Positions 17,739-24,690 of a stretch of DNA of 32,000 nucleotides are shown one piece after another (the stretch's first letter is position 1; each line of letters starts with the position of its first letter). The translations under genes and the position numbers were made by a program. The notes beneath the pieces are model-generated. The model ran no database searches and was not told the DNA's origin. It saw only the letters and a list, made by a program, of their open reading frames with translations. The stretch comes from Pseudomonas phage vB_PaeS_PAJD-1: sequence record MW835180.1. The stretch is one strand, 5' to 3'.

Positions 17739-18094
17739 TGGCAGCATCTACTGAACCGCGAAGCGGTATGAGCTACGGCTGGACTCTTGGAGAGAACGGC
17801 TGGAACACTGGTATGGACGCGAACCTTCTGTGGCTGGGGCGCTTCGGCACTCAGCTGTCAGTGAAGGATCGGGATCTTGCAACACCGCCGGGAAGCCCCG
17901 CGTCGGGCGACACATACATCGTGGCAGCTTCGCCTACTGGTGCATGGGCAGGACAAGCCGGCAAAGTCGCTGTCTGGACAGGGTCGGCATGGGTGTTCGG
18001 CACGCCGAGGGTGGGCTGGATAGCCTATATCGAGGACGAGCAGAAGCTCACAGCCTACAAGTCCGGAGGATGGTCCGCAGGCATTGCCATCTAA
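17738..18094 (+). CDS. DUF2793-like tail-associated protein
   Basis: MAASTEPRSGMSYGWTLGENGWNTGMDANLLWLG...PPGSPASGDTYIVAASPTGAWAGQAGKVAVWTGSAWVFGTPRVGWIAYIEDE; TAATG coupling at 17736-17740. Confidence 0.8.
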   Translation: MAASTEPRSGMSYGWTLGENGWNTGMDANLLWLGRFGTQLSVKDRDLATPPGSPASGDTYIVAASPTGAWAGQAGKVAVWTGSAWVFGTPRVGWIAYIEDEQKLTAYKSGGWSAGIAI

Positions 18095-18097
18095 ACG

Positions 18098-18123
18098 AAG
18101 CCCCGCTCAGCGGGGCTTTTTAT
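18098..18123. terminator. Bidirectional rho-independent terminator at the convergent junction
   Basis: AAGCCCCGC TCA GCGGGGCTTTTTATT: 8-bp GC stem; U-tract rightward and a short A-rich 5' flank that acts leftward. Confidence 0.85.
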
Positions 18124-18472
18124 TGTCGATATGGATATACACATCGACTCGATCCGTTGGAACGTACCGATAATCAACATGATACATCTGATCCCGTACT
18201 CGCGCAGGATACAGACGATAGCATTGCTTGATGAACTGCTGATAGGCAGGCTTGCCCTGCATAACCACAGCGACGTCCATCTTGCAGCGCGACACCGCTT
18301 CCATGCCAGCATTCCCTTCCTCGCCGTAGGCGGACAGGATTGGCCCGGTCTCACTGATACGGGTCTTCGGGTCGCTGTTGAACCAGGCCGCCGTGCATTG
18401 CCTGTCACAGGCGTGCGCAGCACCAGCAAGCGCGAGCGTCGCGCTAACGATCAGTCTTGCGATGACCTTCAT
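18107..18472 (-). CDS. Small exported protein (signal peptide), hypothetical
   Basis: MKVIARLIVSATLALAGAAHACDRQCTAAWFN...; start at 18472 chosen for AAGGAG SD; Cys-rich; the 3' end runs into the terminator. Confidence 0.65.
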   Translation of the reverse strand: MKVIARLIVSATLALAGAAHACDRQCTAAWFNSDPKTRISETGPILSAYGEEGNAGMEAVSRCKMDVAVVMQGKPAYQQFIKQCYRLYPARVRDQMYHVDYRYVPTDRVDVYIHIDNKKPR

Positions 18473-18650
18473 GGCATTGCTCCTTATAGCTGCCCTCGTA
18501 GTCGGGCCAGACGCCAGTATGCACGTTCTGGCAATACATGTCAAGTTCGAGGAGCTCGTCTTCGTAATCCATTTTTCCGACGATTCCTACCAGAAGCACG
18601 ATCACGACGAGGATAGCGAGCGTGCGAAACGGGGTGTTGGCTTTCTGCAT
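18444..18650 (-). CDS. Small single-pass membrane protein, hypothetical
   Basis: MQKANTPFRTLAILVVIVLLVGIVGKMDYEDELLELDMYCQNVHTGVWPDYEGSYKEQCHEGHRKTDR; overlaps the next gene by 29 bp. Confidence 0.6.
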   Translation of the reverse strand: MQKANTPFRTLAILVVIVLLVGIVGKMDYEDELLELDMYCQNVHTGVWPDYEGSYKEQCHEGHRKTDR

Positions 18651-18712
18651 TGTTTTTCTCCGTGTTGAACTAAACTGTGGGCCGCGCTTTCGGGGGTACA
18701 GGCCGCGATCGG

Positions 18713-18991
18713 CTAGTGGCCTGCATGGTTGCATTGGCCACCACACTGCGCAGCGTAGCGCGGCCAAAACAGCTCGCGATAAACGCCCGCATTCGTGTCG
18801 AAGTGTTGCGCAATACCTTCAACGTCATGAACGAGGTCTTCGTCGGTCGCGATCAGCAGTGCATCCAGCTGAAGCGGGTGCGTCATGTGTGCATGAAGCA
18901 CTTTCATGAACAGCAAGTGATCGCCCAGTGTGGTCATAGGCACGATTGCGCGGTAGCGCAGCACAATCTCTTCGACGAGGGTCTCGTCCAT
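18713..18991 (-). CDS. Hypothetical protein
   Basis: MDETLVEEIVLRYRAIVPMTTLGDHLLFMKVLHAHM...; ATG at 18991 with GGAG SD 6 nt upstream. Confidence 0.6.
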   Translation of the reverse strand: MDETLVEEIVLRYRAIVPMTTLGDHLLFMKVLHAHMTHPLQLDALLIATDEDLVHDVEGIAQHFDTNAGVYRELFWPRYAAQCGGQCNHAGH

Positions 18992-18992
18992 T

Positions 18993-19076
18993 TCAGGCTC
19001 CAAGAATGATGTGAAGGTTATGCAACCAGATCCAGGCGTCGAAGCCGCATAGAGCTGTGAAGGTAATCAAGTTCAT
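18993..19076 (-). CDS. Possible 27-aa leader/small peptide
   Basis: MNLITFTALCGFDAWIWLHNLHIILGA with strong SD GGAGGCGG just upstream of ATG 19076; too short to be certain. Confidence 0.35.
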   Translation of the reverse strand: MNLITFTALCGFDAWIWLHNLHIILGA

Positions 19077-19178
19077 ATCCGCCTCCTTTCCTAGTACGTG
19101 ATGCAACTGTAGGACACTTCTTGAGCAGATGCAAGCACAAAAATGGGCTTGCCGGCAAAAATGCGACAAGCCCATTTA

Positions 19179-21359
19179 TCAAGCCTTAGAGCTATACCCG
19201 ATCGCTTGCAGAATCTTCTCGCACTCCTGTTCGTACCACTCGAAATCGACGTCGGCAGGAAACTCGTCAGGCAAGTCCATCATGGGCTTAGCACCCTCCG
19301 AGCGGGGCACCTTGTTCCCGTTCGTTGCATAGACGATCTCACCCTGTACCCCGACGGCGTAGTACCAGCGGATCGACTTGCCCAGGTACTCGGTCAGGCC
19401 AGGCTTGGACAACTCGTCCCAGGCCGCCTTGTACGCGCGTTCGGTGTTCATTGCAGCGCGCCCGATTGTGTCACCTTCCCTGACCCAGCTATCTTTCGAG
19501 AACGGTACGAACCCCGCCATCCTCAGAAGCTCCTCCTGCGAACTGTGCGCGGGAGGCGGAATGCGATCCCACACCTTGACCGCGCCACCCTTCACGCTGC
19601 GCACAGACACGAACTTGGTGATGTCCTTGCACCCGCGCACTGTGGTCATGATCGGCACGTTCTTCGTCAGCAGCGCCTCCACAGCTTCGACGCAGATTGT
19701 ATTTGTCGGGTTCTTGTGCAAGCGCTCCGCCATGTTTTTCTTGCTGGCCCACGGGTTAGCATAGGCGCCCTTACACTTCGTAGAGCCGTCTTCCTTGACT
19801 GCGATGTAGTTATTCACGTCACGCGAATAGAGTGACTTGTAGATGGTGCCCTCGGTCTGGAACCCTGTGTCCTGCTCCCACTGAGCGATGATCTGGTCCA
19901 TGATATGCTGCCCCTTGCGCGGGCACTTAATCACGATGCCGTCAGTGTTCGCGCTAACCACATGGATGCCCGCCATTTCCAGGCGCTCGATCAGCATCAG
20001 TAGGCTTAGCTGGCCAGTCACCGTCACCTGGATCAGTAGGTCAGGGGAGTAGAGGATCGAATACTTGCTGCCCAGCTTACCGAACGACCCGTTGATCGTA
20101 ATCTTGAGCGAGTCGGCTGTTACCTTGTCACCCCGTTCCTTGGCTGCAATACGCCGATCGACGATGTTCTTATACACGTGAAGGAACGTCGGGCCAAGGT
20201 GATGCGGGTACAGGCCGAGGTTCAGGATGATGAACGGGTAGTACGACGTCACGTCCTTGTCGATCAGGATGTAGTTTTCGTCGCTGTGGTGCGCTGCTGT
20301 GCTTTCACTGCTGTGCAGACCGCCGATGCCCATGCGATACACGCTGCCGTTGATATCAAGCTGGAGCGCCTTAATCTCTTCGGGCATGCCAATGGAACCA
20401 GTCTCATCCACAAGGAAGTTCGCATTCGCAACGACACTCAGGGCCCAGTTCATCAACTGCGACTGGTAGCGAATAAAGTGAGGCACCCTGTAACGGTATG
20501 CGGTGCCGACCTCGATCACGGGCTTCTCAGGGCGCCTGCCCATGCGACGGGTCATCTCCTCGGCGATCACGGCTTCAGCAATTTGTGCGTCCGACTTACT
20601 GCGAAGGTCAATGCCAGACTCATTCGATAGCGTAGTGCGCAGATCTAGGTGATCTCGCAAGCACTCGTGAAGGAACGCGGTGCTCGTCAAGTCGCTGTTG
20701 ATGTTGTACCAGCGCACGCAGGCGATCTGTTCTGGGCTGAGGATGGTGTCAGGGTGGAACGGCAGATCCTGCATGCGGGGAACGTGCAAGCGACCGCCAT
20801 AGATCTTCAGGCTGGCGCGGAGCGGAGCCACTTCGATCAGGTCGATGTGGTCAATCTTAACGCCCTTGACCTTGTACTGCTTCATCACGTCGGACCCGCG
20901 CCAACCCTCCAGAATGATCTGGTTTGTCGCGTGCTTCAGCAATGCGTTTGGCTTGCCCGCAAGTGCAAGGAATGTGATTGGTAAGTCGTACGACAGGGAG
21001 TTGAACCCGACGGTCGTGGTGTTCTCCAATACCCAGCGCAGTTTCCCGACGTCAAGCGGATGCCCATCGTACATCTCAAAGAACACCGCTTTGCCGGTGG
21101 CGAGCGATCGAAACGAGGCGATGAAATAGTTCTCATAACACTCGATGTCGAACAGCAGCCTGTCGCGGGTCATTGCGGCGTGCAACACCTCCGCGTCGTT
21201 CATCACCAGTATGGGAAAGCGTAGCGCTTCTTCGAGCCTGGGCAGGTAGTCTGGGCGTAACCACACAGGGTCGGGCGGTGTGCGTTTGGCCTTCTCGGCC
21301 TTCTCTTTGGGAGGTGGAGGTCGATCCTCCCAGAACAGTCCTAGAGCGTCAGCTCGCAT
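19179..21359 (-). CDS. Family B DNA polymerase
   Basis: 726 aa: ExoI LLFDIECYENY; motif A DKDVTSYYPFIIL; motif B KITINGSFGKLGSKYS; motif C SANTDGIVIK; GAGGA SD. Confidence 0.88.
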   Translation of the reverse strand: MRADALGLFWEDRPPPPKEKAEKAKRTPPDPVWLRPDYLPRLEEALRFPILVMNDAEVLHAAMTRDRLLFDIECYENYFIASFRSLATGKAVFFEMYDGHPLDVGKLRWVLENTTTVGFNSLSYDLPITFLALAGKPNALLKHATNQIILEGWRGSDVMKQYKVKGVKIDHIDLIEVAPLRASLKIYGGRLHVPRMQDLPFHPDTILSPEQIACVRWYNINSDLTSTAFLHECLRDHLDLRTTLSNESGIDLRSKSDAQIAEAVIAEEMTRRMGRRPEKPVIEVGTAYRYRVPHFIRYQSQLMNWALSVVANANFLVDETGSIGMPEEIKALQLDINGSVYRMGIGGLHSSESTAAHHSDENYILIDKDVTSYYPFIILNLGLYPHHLGPTFLHVYKNIVDRRIAAKERGDKVTADSLKITINGSFGKLGSKYSILYSPDLLIQVTVTGQLSLLMLIERLEMAGIHVVSANTDGIVIKCPRKGQHIMDQIIAQWEQDTGFQTEGTIYKSLYSRDVNNYIAVKEDGSTKCKGAYANPWASKKNMAERLHKNPTNTICVEAVEALLTKNVPIMTTVRGCKDITKFVSVRSVKGGAVKVWDRIPPPAHSSQEELLRMAGFVPFSKDSWVREGDTIGRAAMNTERAYKAAWDELSKPGLTEYLGKSIRWYYAVGVQGEIVYATNGNKVPRSEGAKPMMDLPDEFPADVDFEWYEQECEKILQAIGYSSKA

Positions 21360-21410
21360 CTTCTATCCTCATCTAAGGCCATTAAGCGGGCCGTGGCGCT
21401 GGGTTACATG

Positions 21411-22364
21411 TTACAGGCGCATGCCTACGATTGCACCCCTGAGCCTGTCACCGTAGAACAGGCAGGGGCTCGGGTACGTGCTGAAGTCGATTTTCTGTGC
21501 CACATCTTTCAGCAGCTTGAGCATCTCGATCTGATACACACCCTCGAACGGGAAGCCCACCATGTCGAACGATGCGCCTTCACCTTCGTCGATATGGGTC
21601 TTGACTGCTTCACCGTGGAAGAACGCGCGTCCCAGCTTGTCAGCGAACGGTTTAATCACTTCCAGCCCTTCGAACAGGCGGGAGTCCATGTCACTCGGGT
21701 TGCTCTGCCTGTCGAGCACTTTCGACAGGTCGGGCCAGTCAGTGCTATACAGCTGGCTCCGGATCCAGCGCCCGTCGGTGTAATGGAATGTGATGCTGTT
21801 GTCGGTGCGCTGTGCGTGCGTAGGCGCTTCGTTGATACGGATCATCTCTTTGATTGCCGCCATAGGGATGTTGGCGGTGAAGGGTGTCTGCGAACCGATC
21901 CAGTATTCCACCAGGCACACGTTATTCGTGGCGAACGCAGACTGACCCCTAAGCAAGATGCCATTCGTCCAAGGACGTGACGCATCGTTACCGACAAACG
22001 GTGCAAGCGTCTTGCACGCCTTCAGAAGCTGCTCACCGTCAAGATCAACGTGATCACCTTCAGGCATGACGTGTGGCGTTTCACCGTCGATACAATCCAC
22101 GAACGCCCGGAACTTACCGCTCTGAATGCGCAGCTTGCCCGCTGGGGTCATGCTCAGCGTCACTGTATCGTTGCAGTTCGCGATCGCCTGCACCAGCGGG
22201 CCCGCCTTGGGCTTGCAGTCAATGTCAAAGGGGATGGGGCTGGACAGCGCCAGCGTGCCGTTATACGAGCGCACATGCCCACCCTCGATGGCAAAGTGAG
22301 TCATGGCGGGCAGGAGGTCTTTCTTAGCGACTGCGCCCTGCACGAACTTGAGTTCTTTAAGCAT
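21411..22364 (-). CDS. DNA polymerase III beta sliding-clamp-like protein
   Basis: MLKELKFVQGAVAKKDLLPAMTHFAIEGGHVRSYNGTLALSSPIPFDIDCKPKAGPLVQAIANC...KLRIQSGKFRAFVDC; start at 22364 overlaps the dpdA stop (TAATG). Confidence 0.65.
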   Translation of the reverse strand: MLKELKFVQGAVAKKDLLPAMTHFAIEGGHVRSYNGTLALSSPIPFDIDCKPKAGPLVQAIANCNDTVTLSMTPAGKLRIQSGKFRAFVDCIDGETPHVMPEGDHVDLDGEQLLKACKTLAPFVGNDASRPWTNGILLRGQSAFATNNVCLVEYWIGSQTPFTANIPMAAIKEMIRINEAPTHAQRTDNSITFHYTDGRWIRSQLYSTDWPDLSKVLDRQSNPSDMDSRLFEGLEVIKPFADKLGRAFFHGEAVKTHIDEGEGASFDMVGFPFEGVYQIEMLKLLKDVAQKIDFSTYPSPCLFYGDRLRGAIVGMRL

Positions 22365-23302
22365 TAGAAGAGCTCCTGAATGCGCGCCCGGAACGTGTTC
22401 GAGTGCGCAGCGTTGATCATTGTGTTGATCACCCCGAACGCCCACAGGTTGTAGGCGGCGCGTGACTCATACACGGTGGAAAGGCGCTCAAGCGTGAAAC
22501 CGTGCTTTTCGAGCATCTGCAGAACGTAATCCTGCTCGATGGGTGTCAGTGTGGTCACATGCTGGCCAGCGTCATGCCTGCTGGGGGACTTCTCCGATAC
22601 ACTCATCGGAAGCGCCATCGTGCTCTGGCTGTAGCCTGGGGTGATAATGCTACCGAATGCAGCGGACTGAATCCAAGAGGACGAGTCACAGGAATACCAC
22701 GGATAGCGCTCCATGATTGGAACGGCCGTGATACCGAAGCCATGCACCTTGATCTTCGGATTGCCGCTACCGTCGGTGAGGTAGCGGTCCCAGATTCTGT
22801 CCAGCCAGATGCAGAGCTGCTGTGTGCTGGAGCCCACCATGCCGCCGAGCGTGATGTATTCGTAGTTCGCGACGTACCATTCAAGATATCGCTCGTCTTC
22901 CCCAGCGTGGAAGCAGGGAAGGGGCTTGGCGCCGCGCTGCTCCATCTCTAGCTGATTGCGCCACGTCTGCAATGGGTCACCGATGCCGTCCAGCACGGAT
23001 GCCATCACGACACCATCTTCGACGCGGATGATGTCTCTGTTGCGGTTGATATAGTCGCAATACTCAGCGACGCTAATTTCGACGCCCAGCGTGTAAGCAG
23101 AGAACGCTCCCGAGTCCAGGAACACTTGAGCACCATCGCGGCGCATGTCATCGACATACCGCTGTCTGCCGACGTAGTGGTACGACTCAAGAATGTGAGG
23201 AAGATTCTTGCAGATGTTCTGCTCGTGCTCTGTCAGCTTAGCATGGCGCGCCTGACCTTCCATATAGCCGTTCGTATAAACGGCCGCCATGAATATGTTC
23301 AT
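22364..23302 (-). CDS. dpdA: DpdA-like 7-deazaguanine DNA transglycosylase (TGT superfamily)
   Basis: MNIFMAAVYTNGYM...VFLDSGAFSAYTLG...FHAGEDERYLEWYVANYEYITLGGMVG...VHGFGITAVPIMERYPWYSCDSSSWIQSAAFG; GGAGG SD for ATG 23302; adjacent to folE/queD/gat-queC/queE. Confidence 0.85.
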   Translation of the reverse strand: MNIFMAAVYTNGYMEGQARHAKLTEHEQNICKNLPHILESYHYVGRQRYVDDMRRDGAQVFLDSGAFSAYTLGVEISVAEYCDYINRNRDIIRVEDGVVMASVLDGIGDPLQTWRNQLEMEQRGAKPLPCFHAGEDERYLEWYVANYEYITLGGMVGSSTQQLCIWLDRIWDRYLTDGSGNPKIKVHGFGITAVPIMERYPWYSCDSSSWIQSAAFGSIITPGYSQSTMALPMSVSEKSPSRHDAGQHVTTLTPIEQDYVLQMLEKHGFTLERLSTVYESRAAYNLWAFGVINTMINAAHSNTFRARIQELF

Positions 23303-23313
23303 GAGACCTCCAA

Positions 23314-23345
23314 AATGTAGGGACATCCGAAGACGTCCCTACATT
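23314..23345 (-). other. C(UUCG)G tetraloop hairpin between folE and dpdA
   Basis: Minus-strand RNA: AAUGUAGGGACGUC UUCG GAUGUCCCUACAUU: 14-bp stem (one G-U), followed by uugg. Confidence 0.85.
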
Positions 23346-23371
23346 ATAGCGAACTAGCTGTTACTGGGCAA
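23343..23371 (-). promoter_or_regulatory. Putative sigma70 promoter driving dpdA and downstream replication genes
   Basis: Minus strand TTGCCC (23371-23366) - 17 nt - TATAAT (23348-23343). Confidence 0.5.
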
Positions 23372-24254
23372 GCCGAAGAAACTCGGCACGGGTGTCGGGC
23401 TCATCCTTCATCGCACCGCGAAGAGCAGTCGTCACGGTGTGGTGCCCCTGCTGGCAGATGCCACGCGATTCCATGCACATGTGGCGCGCCTTGATGACCA
23501 CACCGACGCCCTTCGCTTCCAGGTGCTCGAACAGAGCGTCCGCAATCTGGTCGGTGAGCCGTTCCTGCACTTGCAGGCGGCGCGCATACATGTCCGCCAG
23601 GCGGGACAGCTTGCTGAGCCCAACGATACGACCGTTCGGGATGTAGCTGATCGTCACCGTGCCGAAGATGGGCGCCAGATGGTGTTCGCAATGCGAATAG
23701 ATGGGGATGTCGCGCACCGTCACCATCTGGTCGTGCTTCTCAGCACCGTCTTCGAACACCTTCAGGATCGCCTTCGGATCCTTACCGTAGCCACCGCACC
23801 AATGGCGCCACGCTTTTGCGACGCGATGCGGAGTTTCGAGCAGCCCTTCGCGGGCAGGATCGTCCCCGACGTACTGGAGCAGACGGCGGATGTTGTCCTC
23901 GATGCCGGACTCAGCGTCGCCTTCCCACGGGAACACGATCCAGCGACCCTTGAACTCTTCGTCCGTCTTCTTGTCGATGAGCACGAAGAAGGGCTTGCCT
24001 GGAAACTGGTCGCACCAGTGTTCCATCGTGCTGCCGCTGTCGATCAGATCGTCGATGAAGAAATCGGCTTTCTCGGGGTCGTCGGTGATGCTGAACCCCG
24101 CGAGCCCTTGCAGCAGGTACGCAACGGGCACACCGCCGCGCGGTACGGGGTAAGCCAGCAGGGTGCGGCCAATGGTAGCACCGAAGGCCAAAATGGCCTG
24201 TGCCGCCCGCTGCGCGAGCGCTTGCACGTCGTTATGATTCAGAGTCAGTTGCAT
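23361..24254 (-). CDS. folE: Fusion of an N-terminal Gpt-like phosphoribosyltransferase domain and C-terminal GTP cyclohydrolase I
   Basis: N-term YPVPRGGVPVAYLL ... ADFFIDDLIDSGSTMEHW ... PFFVLIDKKTDEEFKGRWIVFPWE (PRT signature; xanthine-guanine PRT-like). C-term YSHCEHHLAPIFGTVTISYIPNGRIVGLSKLSRLADMYARRLQVQERLTDQIADALFEHLEAKGVGVVIKARHMCMESRG (FolE, Zn ligands). Confidence 0.88.
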   Translation of the reverse strand: MQLTLNHNDVQALAQRAAQAILAFGATIGRTLLAYPVPRGGVPVAYLLQGLAGFSITDDPEKADFFIDDLIDSGSTMEHWCDQFPGKPFFVLIDKKTDEEFKGRWIVFPWEGDAESGIEDNIRRLLQYVGDDPAREGLLETPHRVAKAWRHWCGGYGKDPKAILKVFEDGAEKHDQMVTVRDIPIYSHCEHHLAPIFGTVTISYIPNGRIVGLSKLSRLADMYARRLQVQERLTDQIADALFEHLEAKGVGVVIKARHMCMESRGICQQGHHTVTTALRGAMKDEPDTRAEFLRLAQ

Positions 24255-24263
24255 GGTGTGTCC

Positions 24264-24686
24264 TCAGTGAGCGTGAAAAGAAGCGGAGCACTTGCGCGTC
24301 TCTTCGACGTCACAATGTACGAGTTTGATGCCGGTGCCTGCGAGCTGCTGCGGGCCGATCACTTCAACGAGATGTTGAGCAATGTTCTCGGCGGTAGGGT
24401 TGAAGGGAACGATCACGATCGTCGGGTCGATTTCGGGTAGCACCTTGGCCCACGGGTCGTTCTCCCAGATGAGCGTCTTGTGATCCCAATTATCTTCCAG
24501 CCACATGCACAGGCGAGACTTCATGTCGCTGAAATCGATCACGCGGCCGATGTTGTCCAGTTCTTCCGCTTCGCAGGTGAAATGGACTCGATAGTTGTGG
24601 CCGTGCAGATGCGCGCACTTCGACTCGTGCTGGAAGACGCGGTGTCCGCAGCTGATGTCGTGATATCGTTTGGCTTGCCAGGGCAT
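24264..24686 (-). CDS. queD: 6-carboxy-tetrahydropterin synthase
   Basis: MPWQAKRYHDISCGHRVFQHESKCAHLHGHNYRVHF...GRVIDFSDMKSRL..WLEDNWDHKTLI...NPTAENIAQHL; AAGGAG SD for ATG 24686. Confidence 0.9.
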   Translation of the reverse strand: MPWQAKRYHDISCGHRVFQHESKCAHLHGHNYRVHFTCEAEELDNIGRVIDFSDMKSRLCMWLEDNWDHKTLIWENDPWAKVLPEIDPTIVIVPFNPTAENIAQHLVEVIGPQQLAGTGIKLVHCDVEETRKCSASFHAH

Positions 24687-24690
24687 GTGG

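Noticed and set aside
18107-18650. Rz/Rz1-like spanin pair for the two overlapping small membrane/exported genes
   Set aside because: The topology is superficially suggestive but there is no lipobox in the inner protein, no nested out-of-frame arrangement, and no endolysin/holin nearby. Left as hypothetical.
23439-24440. 333-aa plus-strand ORF opposite folE/queD
   Set aside because: Antisense shadow; crosses a real gene boundary.
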